A DNA stretch of 34,329 nucleotides from Thermotogota bacterium (GCA_034660555.1 JAYEJL010000178.1:1-34329), one strand, 5' to 3'; counted from the stretch's first letter, positions 10,032-19,545 are shown. Numbers and translations: made by a program. The notes: generated by a model not told the origin, from the letters alone.

Positions 10032-10998
10032 GATACCGCCGATAATTAAATTCACATAAAAAGTTAAAAATCTCCAAATAAGTAATCCTGCAGTAATTTT
10101 GTTTCCAAAATAATTTGAGAAAAAAATCATATATCCTGCTTCAGAAGCGCCACTTGCTCCAGGCGTTGGGGCCATTGAGAATATGATAAATAATACTAAC
10201 TGAGTTGCTACAATTTCAAAAAATCCATAATTTAAACCAAGAGAAAGAATTACGGAATAAGGGACAGATATAAAAGCAAGTAACCTTAATGAAGAAGAAA
10301 TAAAAGCTAAAATAAAACTTAGTGGATGTGAAAGCATTTTTTTATGTGAATATTAAAATAATGAGCTTCTTCGAGTATTTTGTGTTCTGTTTTTTGGGGT
10401 TTTTAATTATTCTTAGCCAGCTAAGAGGTATAATTAAAGCTTTCACAAGAAATTCAGCCATCTTTTTTTTCAATGAAAGTAATAAAGCTAGAATTAAAAC
10501 ACCGCTATTTATTGTAAATCCAATAAAAACAAGAAATGCCCAATTAGATACATTTTTAGAAACGAACGGATACGCCATTAATACTCCCAGCAATCCAAAA
10601 AAGGTCAGTGCAATCTGATAGGCAATAAATCTAGAAACAACTATGGCAGTTGCCTTACCACCTTCAAGGTCGTTTTTACTCATAAACGCTATTTGAGCCG
10701 GTTGTCCTCCGGTTGAAAAAGGTGTGATAGCCGAAAAAAATGAACCAATAAGCGTAATCTTGAGAAGATACAAATAACTTATTTTTTTTGCAGAAACCAC
10801 TGCAAATACTTTCATTGTTAGTGCTTCGAACATCCAGACAGCGAAAGCTGCCAAAGCTGCTAAACAGAACCATAAGAAAGATACATCTTTAATTGCCTGT
10901 ATAGTTACCTTTATATCCGAAAAACCAAAAATTACAAACAAAAAAATTAAACTCAGTATTACGCTCAGTAGAAGATTACGCAATGTTTTTGTTTTCAT
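9999..10998 (-). pseudogene. Lysylphosphatidylglycerol-synthase-TM / flippase-like membrane protein (about 333 aa) broken by two apparent 1-nt deletions
   Basis: AITPFSTGGQP and PTPGASGASE..LIWRFLTFY motifs lie in two ORFs. Adding one base at the T6 run (10390-10395) and one at the T7 run (10337-10343) gives NPKKTEHKILEEAHYFNIHIKKMLSHP. May be an assembly error. Confidence 0.75.
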
Positions 10999-12006
10999 AG
11001 TTTTTTTCCAAAACTCCTAAATAAATATTCTTCAGTTGTTTTCCTATTAGTGATAAATCTCTTTCCAGTGCTGTTTTTCTGGCATTTTTTGATAATTCCG
11101 CTGCCAGTAATTTATTTTCACATATTCTTTTAAGCGCAAGTCTAAAAGAATCAACACTATTACATTTTAAACAATTGTATTCGTGTTTCAGCCAATCTTT
11201 GAATACTGGGATATCTCTGACAATAACTGGATTACTTGTGGACAGAGCTTCTAAAACAGCTATTCCTTCATTCTCTTCATAACTTGGAAACAAAAAGGCA
11301 TTAGCTGTAGAATAAGCACCAATAAGCTTTTCAAATTCAACATAACCTGGAAAAAAACATTATTAGGTGAATGCTTAATAATTTTTGAAATCTCCCGTGG
11401 GAGTATTGAAGTTAACCTAGTGCCAAACCAGAAGAAGAGGGCATCTGGTATTTTTTTCGCTATTTCTACAAAGTCTTTTATACCTTTTCTTTTGAAGGGA
11501 AGACCTACAGATATAAATAACTTGCGATTTTTTTCAATATTAAAGTATTTTCTAAATTGCTTAGCTTTCTCAATATCTTTTGAAAAAATAGTTGTGTCTA
11601 CCCCATTGGATATCACTTTTCCAGGTTTGTTGATATTATAGGATTTAATAATTTTTTTGGTATATTTACTTGGAAAAAGTAGATAATCTGCTTTTGAATA
11701 AAGTTTTATTATATGCTTTTTCAAAAAAGGAGCAAATAAATTGCTAAAAATAAAACTATTCCTAAAGTCTTCTTCGGTTGTATGACAATGATAAATAACA
11801 GGCACACCGATTTTTTTTGATTTTCTTAGTACTCTTATTGCTCCAGGGCCTACTGTATTTATATGTGCTAAATCGTAACTATCATCAGGTTTTAAAGTAT
11901 AGGATACTCCATTCTTTTTAAGCGCCTGGATTTGATGCGACAAAGCAACACCTACGCCTGATTTTCTAAATAGCTTTTTACTATCTGAAAAGAGCAGTAT
12001 TTTCAA
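10976..12006 (-). pseudogene. GT4 glycosyltransferase (CpoA/diglycosyl-diacylglycerol synthase-like, about 343 aa) with one frameshift
   Basis: SGVGVAL..Q, HCHTTEEDFRNSF, RKG in the first ORF and FPSYEENEGIAVLEAL in the second. One extra base in the A7 run at 11351-11357 gives NVFFPGYVEFEKLIGAY. TTG start with GGAGG RBS. Confidence 0.8.
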
Positions 12007-12086
12007 AAAAAGACCTCCCAGGTGATTAATCCAGTTTATTTTTACGCTTATTAAAGTTTAATAAATGTACCTAAAAATGAGAATAA

Positions 12087-12214
12087 TTATTCATGTAGTT
12101 TCATTGGTTCACCACAACAAACCAGTTCTCCACCTCCAACTTTCTTAACTTCAACCACATTTCCACAAATCTCACAAACATAAACCTCTCTCCAACTTCT
12201 TTTACATTTGGCAT
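12087..12214 (-). pseudogene. Free-standing desulforedoxin (Fe-S4 domain, about 41 aa) with a frameshift; absent from the ORF track
   Basis: ATG 12214 (AGAGG RBS) reads MPNVKEVGE. Removing 2 nt in the GAGAGAG repeat (12186-12192) continues [36 protein letters not shown], the CxxC...CC desulforedoxin signature. Confidence 0.85.
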
Positions 12215-12215
12215 G

Positions 12216-12853
12216 TCAATGCCTCTTTTTTAATAGTCTTGAAAACAATATGAAACAACCAAAAACAATTAATGCCAATCCAAGGGTAACACTAAATTGG
12301 AAGATCTTTATACTGGAAAATAAAAAAACGAATCCAAAAAACGTTAATATCAGTACAGGAATTAACAGCGATGTGTTCTTTGGTTTCTGAAATAGATACA
12401 GTAAGAACAAACCAGCAGCTGGAGCAAAAATGAACATTGTCCAGCCTCCTGAAGGTAAAAATCCTGGATATACTGACTGGATCACAAAAGCAAAAAAACT
12501 ATAAATAGAATGCCAATGGGTACTAACAATCCTCTTAATTTATTTTTACTGGTCAACAAAAGTTGTAGAAGTCCGAAAGGAGTGGCAAAAATGAATAATG
12601 TCCAGCCTCCGTTTGCCAAAAAGCCCGGGATTAAAACTTCCATAGTCAGTGCAAGGGCAACAATAAGTAATATTCCACCAGGGACAAGTAATCCCCTTGT
12701 TTCCTTTAAACCATAATACTCCATTACAATACCGGGCAACCAAACAAGAAATACCCACATATTATTTTCAAAGCCTGGAAGGAAAAGCAGAAAAATTCCT
12801 ATCAGAATAAGGACTATTCCAAAAATGAGGCTGATAACTGTATTTTTGCTCAT
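12216..12853 (-). pseudogene. Multi-pass membrane protein with internal tandem repeat (about 212 aa) split by one frameshift
   Basis: ATG 12853 after AGGGGTG. One extra base in the A7 run at 12492-12498 joins the two ORFs and puts repeat 2 (IVFFAFVIQSVYPGFLPSGGWTMFIFA) in exact register with repeat 1 (IVALALTMEVLIPGFLANGGWTLFIFA). Confidence 0.75.
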
Positions 12854-12879
12854 TTTATCACCCCTTTGTTCAACCAAAC

Positions 12880-13983
12880 TCAAGGTTTTCTTGAATCACT
12901 TATAATTTTACTCAAAAAACTAGATTCATCGATGGTACCAGAGTCACCACCCGTACTAATATAATAATCTGGTGTTACCAGTAAATCGTATATTTTTGAG
13001 TTTTTGGCTACTTTTGTGTAATCCATAATAAAGGCATTTTTCAACGAACATTTCTGTGAGATCATACAGCCGGTGCCAATAGCAACCGGACCTTCAATAT
13101 AGGCATCATCACCAATTATACTTGATGGACCTACATAAACAGGTGGTTTTAGCACAGCCTTCTCTGAAACTACCGCGCCTGCTCCCTTAAAAACCCCTGG
13201 TTGCTCGTTTTTTCCCCATAAATGGAAGTTTTTTATCTTCCCATTCATGGCATCTGCCAGAATTTTCAGATAGTCTTCCCTTCTGCCTATGTCGTGCCAG
13301 TTGAAATCCATATTAGTTGCAAAAACTCTTTCTCCTGTTTCTACAAGTTTCGGAAAAAGCTGACTGCCAATGTCAAAAAATCCTTCATCCGGTATGTAAT
13401 TGATAATGCCAGGTTCAAACAAATATATTCCGGTATTGGCCATTCTAGATTTCGCTTCTTCAATAGCAGGTTTTTCCTGAAAGCTTATTACTTTATCATT
13501 TTCATCTGTTACTACTATTCCATAATTTGAAACCTTTTCTTTTGGGACATTTTTTGTAATTATTGTGGCTAGAGCATTGTTTTTTTTATGAAAGGTTAAT
13601 GCTTCTGAGATGTTCAGATCCACAATAGCGTCGCCGCATAGTACAATAAATGTATCATCAAAGAATTTCCATTTTTTTTGTATATTTTTAATACCACCGG
13701 CAGAGCCCAATGGAATCGTCTTTAGAGATTCGTTTTCGTAATAACCTTCAAATGAATATCCAACATTCAATCCGTATTTGTACCCGTCTTTAACATAATC
13801 CTGTATTTTCCATCCAAGATGAGAAAGGTTTATCATTACTTCATCAACATGATGTTTTTTTAGTAACTCCAGCAGAAATTCAATAACGGGCTTGTTGATA
13901 ATTGGAAGCATTGGTTTGGGTAGTTCATTGGTTAAAGGTCTCACTCTTGTGCCCTTTCCAGCTGCAAGTATCATTGCTTTCAA
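12880..13983 (-). CDS. Sugar-1-phosphate nucleotidyltransferase with LbH C-terminus, resembling CugP-type UDP-glucose pyrophosphorylase
   Basis: MKAMILAAGKGTRVRP, PKPMLPI, YSFEG, LGSAGG, FFDDTFIVLCGDA, FQEKP, WHDIG; hexapeptide-repeat region. Confidence 0.85.
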   Translation of the reverse strand: MKAMILAAGKGTRVRPLTNELPKPMLPIINKPVIEFLLELLKKHHVDEVMINLSHLGWKIQDYVKDGYKYGLNVGYSFEGYYENESLKTIPLGSAGGIKNIQKKWKFFDDTFIVLCGDAIVDLNISEALTFHKKNNALATIITKNVPKEKVSNYGIVVTDENDKVISFQEKPAIEEAKSRMANTGIYLFEPGIINYIPDEGFFDIGSQLFPKLVETGERVFATNMDFNWHDIGRREDYLKILADAMNGKIKNFHLWGKNEQPGVFKGAGAVVSEKAVLKPPVYVGPSSIIGDDAYIEGPVAIGTGCMISQKCSLKNAFIMDYTKVAKNSKIYDLLVTPDYYISTGGDSGTIDESSFLSKIISDSRKP

Positions 13984-14055
13984 GACAATCCCCCCCTTAA
14001 TGATTTTTGCGAAGTGAAATTTACTGTAGTAAGATTATATAGGGAGAGATGTTTT

Positions 14056-14502
14056 ATGGAAAACAGTGTGAGTTCCGATTTACTGGCAAAAGAGTTCATT
14101 TTACTTGCAAGACTTATGGAGGTTTCTCGAGACAATCCTTTCAAGATAAGGACATATAGATTTGCCTCCCATGTTATTGCTAATAAAAAAAGTGATCTTA
14201 CCGAAAATGATATAAAAGATTTGAGTAACATTAAAGGAATAGGTAGTGCTGTGGTTGAAAAATCTTTGGAATATCTTGAGACTGGTTCTATCAAAAAAAT
14301 CGAAGAGATCAAAGAAGGCATTCCTTCAACCATTCTCAAGATTGTAACTGAAACCAATATACCTTCATCGATCATTGCTGCAATGTGGAAAGATTACATG
14401 ATCGACACCTGTGATGAAATAATAGAGTTTTTGACTGAACGCAGAGGACAATTAAAACTTTCTCAGAAACAAATCACAGATGTTGAAAAAGCGTTGGGTT
14501 AG
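14056..14502 (+). CDS. Stand-alone PolX N-terminal (8-kDa/HhH plus fingers-like) protein, about 148 aa
   Basis: DNPFKIRTYRFA and IKGIGSAVVEK..EYLETG; ends before any palm or PHP domain. ATG 14056 after AGGGAG. Confidence 0.75.
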   Translation: MENSVSSDLLAKEFILLARLMEVSRDNPFKIRTYRFASHVIANKKSDLTENDIKDLSNIKGIGSAVVEKSLEYLETGSIKKIEEIKEGIPSTILKIVTETNIPSSIIAAMWKDYMIDTCDEIIEFLTERRGQLKLSQKQITDVEKALG

Positions 14503-14505
14503 ACC

Positions 14506-14739
14506 TCATTTTATATGATTACTTAAATAATTGATTAGCCATAGAATAACTGTTATTAGCCCGCTTATTATAAGGCATGTTGTTATGGGTATCCACATTT
14601 CGAATCCATCTCTAGAAATGTGAATATCTCCGGGTAATTTTCCAAAAGGCATTCCAATCTTTCTGAACAAAAAGAAAATGAAACCTACTACAATCAGCAA
14701 AATTCCTATTTTTATTAATAGGCGTTCAATAATCTGCAT
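14506..14739 (-). CDS. Small membrane protein, DUF2905-like
   Basis: GKLPGDIHI..PITTCLIIS signature between two hydrophobic helices; start could be 14739 or 14751. Confidence 0.8.
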   Translation of the reverse strand: MQIIERLLIKIGILLIVVGFIFFLFRKIGMPFGKLPGDIHISRDGFEMWIPITTCLIISGLITVILWLINYLSNHIK

Positions 14740-14743
14740 GAAA

Positions 14744-15706
14744 TTAAACAACTCTGCTAAAGGGTTTTTGTCTGTTGAGCACCGATTTTATATTTTGTGC
14801 TGCCTTAAGCAACATATTTTCTCTTGTTTCTATTGTTGCTGATCCTATATGAGGCAACAAGACGACATTTTGAAGCTGTTTTAGCCTTTCAGGAACATCG
14901 GGTTCATTTTCATAAACGTCAAGACCCGCTCCAGCAATTTCATTGTTTTCCAGTATTTTTATTAAAGCGTCTTCATCTATTACAGGACCACGAGAGGTAT
15001 TAATTAAATATGCAGTTTTCTTTATCATTTTTAGTCGTTTCTTATTCAACAGGTGATGAGTTTCTTCAGTAAGTGGCACATGTAGCGAAATAATATCAGA
15101 TTCCTTCAGGAGTTTTTCCAGACGTACATAACGTGCAGTCAACTCATGTTCTATATCTTCAGAAAGGGGTTTTCGATTATGATATAAAATGTTCATACCA
15201 AAAGCAAGTGCTCTTTTGGCAACTGCTCTTCCTATCCTTCCCATACCAACTATTCCCAGGGTTTTGTCCTGTAATTCCATACCCTGAAGCAGATCGTATC
15301 TCCAGCCTACAAAATGTCCTTCTCTTGTGAACTTATCTGCTTCTACAATACGTCTACATGTAGCTAACAGAAGACCGAAAGCCAGGTCAGCGGTTGCATT
15401 TGTTAGCACTCCGGGAACGTTGGTCACCGCAATGTTTTTCTTTCTGGCATAATCAATGTCTATATTATCGTAGCCAGCAGCACAATTAGAAATCACCTTT
15501 AAACTGGGGCAACCATCCATTACTTCCCTGTCAATTTTATCTGTCAACATTGAAAGTATTGCTAACGAATCACTTGCGTTCTTTATTATTTCCTTTTTCG
15601 ATAACTGTCTGTTTTCATCGTTCATTTTTATTTCATAACCATTGAGAATTTTCTTCACATAATCAGGTAACTTATATGTACAGAATACTTTTTGCGTTGT
15701 CAACAC
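14744..15706 (-). CDS. D-isomer-specific 2-hydroxyacid dehydrogenase (glyoxylate reductase/D-glycerate dehydrogenase-like)
   Basis: GYDNID, GIVGMGRIG, LINTSRGPVIDE, GLDVYENEP, LPHIGSAT. Confidence 0.92.
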   Translation of the reverse strand: MLTTQKVFCTYKLPDYVKKILNGYEIKMNDENRQLSKKEIIKNASDSLAILSMLTDKIDREVMDGCPSLKVISNCAAGYDNIDIDYARKKNIAVTNVPGVLTNATADLAFGLLLATCRRIVEADKFTREGHFVGWRYDLLQGMELQDKTLGIVGMGRIGRAVAKRALAFGMNILYHNRKPLSEDIEHELTARYVRLEKLLKESDIISLHVPLTEETHHLLNKKRLKMIKKTAYLINTSRGPVIDEDALIKILENNEIAGAGLDVYENEPDVPERLKQLQNVVLLPHIGSATIETRENMLLKAAQNIKSVLNRQKPFSRVV

Positions 15707-15710
15707 CTCT

Positions 15711-16991
15711 TTAGAAAACTATTGTTACATAGATACTCGAAATAAATAAACTAACGGCAAGTACGAAAATCCCGTATCCCATGAATTTTATAAAGCTAAT
15801 CTGCCTATGATAATACTTTTTAAGAACTGCGAGACCAATCACATTGGCTGAAGCTCCGACAGCTGTGCCGTTTCCACCAAGACATGCCCCTAGAGAAAGA
15901 GACCACCATAATGGTTTTAAATTGCCGAATATTTCTGGATTTATTTTTTTCATTGATTTTACAACGGGTATGAGCGTAGCTGTGTAGGGTATGTTATCTA
16001 CAAAGGCAGAGGCAAATCCTGAGATATTCAAAAATAATAATTTCGCAGTTTGCATGGACCCTTTTGAAATACGCATCATGAAATCAGCTATGCTTTCCAG
16101 AACGCCTGTTTCTTCTATACCGCCAACCATAATGAACAAACCCACAAAAAACAAGATCGATGCCCATTCAACCTCTGAAAGATTTTCTTCCACACCTTTG
16201 GGAAACAGAATTAAAAGTGAAATGGTGGCCATGGTCAGGGCGATAAAAGCACTACTCAGATAGATGTATTCCTGGAGAACAAAAAGAGTTACTGTAATCA
16301 ATAATAGTATTATTGAAATCTTGAAACGTCTTGGTGATTCAACAGGATTTCTATCAAAGGTTATCTTATCCAGATCGATCTTTTGAGAAAGGCTTTTCCT
16401 GAATAACAGAAGTAACAAACCATTGATAACAAAGAAAATTATCAGTATCGCGGGGCCGAGATTAATCACAAATTGCATAAAGGAAAGTGATGCTGCAGTC
16501 CCGATCATAATGTTTGGTGGATCACCGATCAATGTTGCTGCACCACCAATATTTGAGGAAAATATTTCACCCAGTACAAAGGGTATGGGATCGATTTTTG
16601 CTGTATCGGCAACGGCAAGTGTTATGGGTACAATAACAAGTATCGTTGTGACATTATCTAGTATTGCTGAGGTAATTGCAGTAAAGGATACCAGATACAT
16701 GTAGAGCTTTACCAAATTGCCTTTCGACATGGTTAATGCTTTCATTCCGAAGTATTCAAATAATCCACACTTTTTAATAACTACTACGAAAGCCATCATT
16801 CCCAACAGAAGGAAAATGGTATTAAAATCCACATGTTCCGCAAATATCGTTCTGGGGTCTTTAAACACTCCAAACAACACCATTAAAATAGCACCTGATA
16901 GAACAATTAATGTTCTGTGAATTTTTTCAGCTATCAGGAATGCATACGTTACGATAAAGATGATAATGGCTATACACATGTGTAGTTCCAT
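15711..16991 (-). CDS. ArsB/NhaD-family (IT superfamily) anion permease
   Basis: SAILDNVTT, NIGGAATLIGDPPNIMI, AFVDNIP, LGGNGT..GASAN; many TM helices. Confidence 0.88.
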   Translation of the reverse strand: MELHMCIAIIIFIVTYAFLIAEKIHRTLIVLSGAILMVLFGVFKDPRTIFAEHVDFNTIFLLLGMMAFVVVIKKCGLFEYFGMKALTMSKGNLVKLYMYLVSFTAITSAILDNVTTILVIVPITLAVADTAKIDPIPFVLGEIFSSNIGGAATLIGDPPNIMIGTAASLSFMQFVINLGPAILIIFFVINGLLLLLFRKSLSQKIDLDKITFDRNPVESPRRFKISIILLLITVTLFVLQEYIYLSSAFIALTMATISLLILFPKGVEENLSEVEWASILFFVGLFIMVGGIEETGVLESIADFMMRISKGSMQTAKLLFLNISGFASAFVDNIPYTATLIPVVKSMKKINPEIFGNLKPLWWSLSLGACLGGNGTAVGASANVIGLAVLKKYYHRQISFIKFMGYGIFVLAVSLFISSIYVTIVF

Positions 16992-17045
16992 AATAATAAC
17001 AACTCCTGCTGGTTCTTCACCAAGATACAGATATTATTATATATC

Positions 17046-17077
17046 AAAAGACCGGCAAGAAAAACCTGCCGGTCTTT
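17046..17077 (-). terminator. Intrinsic terminator after the clp gene
   Basis: AAAGACCGGCA / TGCCGGTCTTT inverted repeat with a T-run on the minus strand, about 25 nt after the stop codon. Confidence 0.8.
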
Positions 17078-17101
17078 AAACAAAATAAGTGTTACGATTT
17101 A

Positions 17102-19486
17102 TTATTCTTTTTTCTGAAGTCTTATTGAGTATTCATCAGCATCAACTTCCACAGTATCTCCTGGTTTGACTTCTCCTTCTATAATCATGTCTGCGAGTGG
17201 ACCTTCAACCTCTCTCTCCACAAATCTTCTTAAAGGACGAGCACCAAAGGTCGGATCATAGCCCCTACTTGCAATGAAGTCAACTGCCTTTTCTGTGAAA
17301 TCGAGTTTCATCTTCTGTTCACCTAACCTTCTTAATGTATCTTCAAGTTCAAGCTTAACGATCTTCTTAACATCTTCTTCAGAAAGTGTTTTGAATAGTA
17401 CAATAGAATCTAGTCTGTTAATAAATTCAGGATTGAAATTTGTCTTCAAGCGCTTTTCGAGACTATTCATTATTTCTTCTGTTAGCTCACTATTTTCTGA
17501 AAGTTCTGCCGATGCTATGTTGCTGGTCATGATTATAATTGTATTGGTAAAGCTCACAGTTTTACCATGTCCATCGGTTAATCTTCCATCATCCATCACC
17601 TGGAGTAGTATGTTATGTACTTCTGAATGGGCTTTTTCTATTTCATCGAGTAAAATAACTGAATAGGGCCTTCTTCTAACCTTTTCTGTGAGCTGTCCCC
17701 CTTCTTCATAACCTACATATCCCGGAGGGGCACCTATTAATCTAGATACAGTATGTTTCTCCATGTATTCGGACATATCAATTTGTATGAGTGCGTTTTC
17801 GCTTCCAAAAAGGGTGCTGGCCAGGCGTTTTGCCAATTCAGTTTTTCCAACACCTGTGGGACCCATAAACAAGAATGTTCCCCATGGTCTATTGGGAGAC
17901 TTTAATCCTGCTCTGGCTCTTTTTATGGTTTGCGTTACCGTTTCCACCGCTTCTTCCTGATTTACAAAACGCTGATGAATGAGTTCCTTCAATTTTTTTA
18001 GTTTTTCTCTTTCCGTTTCCAGAAGTTTTCCCGCAGGAATTCCTGTCCATTGTTCTACTATAGATGCAATCAGTTCTGGGGTAACAGTTTTGGCACCACC
18101 CTGATTTGATTTTTTCCATTCATCTCGCTTATTATCGTATTCTTTTTTCAGTCTTTCATATTCGGTTTTTATCTCTGCAGCTTCTTTATATTTTCCTTCC
18201 TGTACGTGTTCGGTGATTTTGTCGTCTAGCTCTTTTAATTTTTTCTCCATAGATCTCAAATCATCAGGCATGTAACCTGATTTTAAACGTACATATGAGG
18301 CTGATTCGTCTATCAGGTCTATTGCCTTGTCTGGCAGGAAACGATCAGTTATGTACTTAACACTTAAATCAACAGCAGTTTTTAGGGCATCTTCTGTTAT
18401 TTCCACATTGTGATGGTCTTCATAAGTTTCTTTGAGTCCATTTAAAATTTCATAAGTTTCTTCAATTGATGGCTCTTCAACGATTATTGGCTGGAAACGT
18501 CTTTCTAGGGCTCTATCCTTTTCAATATATTTCCTGTATTCGTCAAGAGTAGTGGCACCAACGCATTGCAACTCACCACGAGATAAAGCAGGTTTCATAA
18601 GATTTGCGGCATCCATGGAACCTTCAGCTGAACCCGCGCCAACCACAGTATGAATTTCGTCAATAAAGAGGATAATTTCACCTGCCAGTTTCTTTACAGC
18701 GTCTATGATGCCCTTCATTCTCTCTTCGAATTCACCGCGAAATTTTGAACCGGCAATGACACGTCCCATATCAAGGACAAGCACTTTTTTCTCTTTAAGA
18801 TATTCCGGTACAGCTCCTTCAGAAATCCTTTGAGCAAGACCTTCTACAATTGCTGTTTTTCCAACTCCCGGTTCTCCAACCAGAGCAGGGTTATTTTTTG
18901 TTTTTCTTCCAAGTATCTGTATGACACGTCTTATTTCATTTTCGCGACCTATGACAGGTGTTAATTTGTTTTGTTTTGCCAGTTCTGTAAGGTCTATGGT
19001 GAACCGTTTTATAATATTCACATTTTCATTTTCGGTGACATCTGCTTTGTCTCTTTTCTTGAGTATTTCTCCGTAAACCTTATCCACGCTCAAATCGTGT
19101 TTGATCAATATTCTTCCTGCAACGGAAGATAGTTCTTTAACCATTGCAAGTAGCATGTGTTCGGTACCAATACGTGAATCTTTCATTCTTTCAGCTTCAT
19201 TTTTCGCTGTTTCGAGTACATGTCTCGCATCAGGGGTCATGTAGATCTGATTTTTAGGGCCAGAACTGGAACCATATCTACCAATTACATCCTCTACATC
19301 CCTTTTCAATGTATCTATATCCACGTTAAAGGATCTAAGAATATCTATTGCAAAGTTATCTCCATCTTCAAGAATGGCAAGCAAGATATGTTCGCTTCCA
19401 AATTGATTCTGCTTGTATCTCATCAATATATCCTGAACGTCACCTAGAATTTTTTGAGCTTTTTGGGTGTATTGTTCCTGATTCAT
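17102..19486 (-). CDS. Hsp100/Clp ATPase with two AAA+ modules (ClpC-like architecture)
   Basis: Double Clp-N repeat, [14 protein letters not shown], short coiled-coil M domain, [27 protein letters not shown] at 19486 or 19489 after GGAGG. Confidence 0.93.
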   Translation of the reverse strand: MNQEQYTQKAQKILGDVQDILMRYKQNQFGSEHILLAILEDGDNFAIDILRSFNVDIDTLKRDVEDVIGRYGSSSGPKNQIYMTPDARHVLETAKNEAERMKDSRIGTEHMLLAMVKELSSVAGRILIKHDLSVDKVYGEILKKRDKADVTENENVNIIKRFTIDLTELAKQNKLTPVIGRENEIRRVIQILGRKTKNNPALVGEPGVGKTAIVEGLAQRISEGAVPEYLKEKKVLVLDMGRVIAGSKFRGEFEERMKGIIDAVKKLAGEIILFIDEIHTVVGAGSAEGSMDAANLMKPALSRGELQCVGATTLDEYRKYIEKDRALERRFQPIIVEEPSIEETYEILNGLKETYEDHHNVEITEDALKTAVDLSVKYITDRFLPDKAIDLIDESASYVRLKSGYMPDDLRSMEKKLKELDDKITEHVQEGKYKEAAEIKTEYERLKKEYDNKRDEWKKSNQGGAKTVTPELIASIVEQWTGIPAGKLLETEREKLKKLKELIHQRFVNQEEAVETVTQTIKRARAGLKSPNRPWGTFLFMGPTGVGKTELAKRLASTLFGSENALIQIDMSEYMEKHTVSRLIGAPPGYVGYEEGGQLTEKVRRRPYSVILLDEIEKAHSEVHNILLQVMDDGRLTDGHGKTVSFTNTIIIMTSNIASAELSENSELTEEIMNSLEKRLKTNFNPEFINRLDSIVLFKTLSEEDVKKIVKLELEDTLRRLGEQKMKLDFTEKAVDFIASRGYDPTFGARPLRRFVEREVEGPLADMIIEGEVKPGDTVEVDADEYSIRLQKKE

Positions 19487-19499
19487 CATGTACACCTCC

Positions 19500-19530
19500 A
19501 AAAAAAGGGCGCCCTTCTATCGGGCGCCCT
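19500..19530 (-). terminator. Terminator-like hairpin between hsp20 and clp
   Basis: Minus strand AGGGCGCCC-GATAGAA-GGGCGCCC-T7, immediately followed by GGAGG. Confidence 0.75.
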
Positions 19531-19545
19531 CTATCTTCTGCTGTT

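Noticed and set aside
10344..10352. Single +1 frameshift as the repair of the flippase-like gene
   Set aside because: Formally possible, but no repeat lies there and the resulting linker (KQNTKYSKKLIILIF) looks less like the family's amphipathic helix than the two-deletion repair
12087..12218. The TGA ending the membrane protein is in frame with the desulforedoxin core, suggesting a read-through or Sec fusion
   Set aside because: A separate RBS and ATG give MPNVKEVGE, a typical desulforedoxin N-terminus. A frameshift in the GA repeat is the simpler explanation, and the frame coincidence has a 1-in-3 chance.
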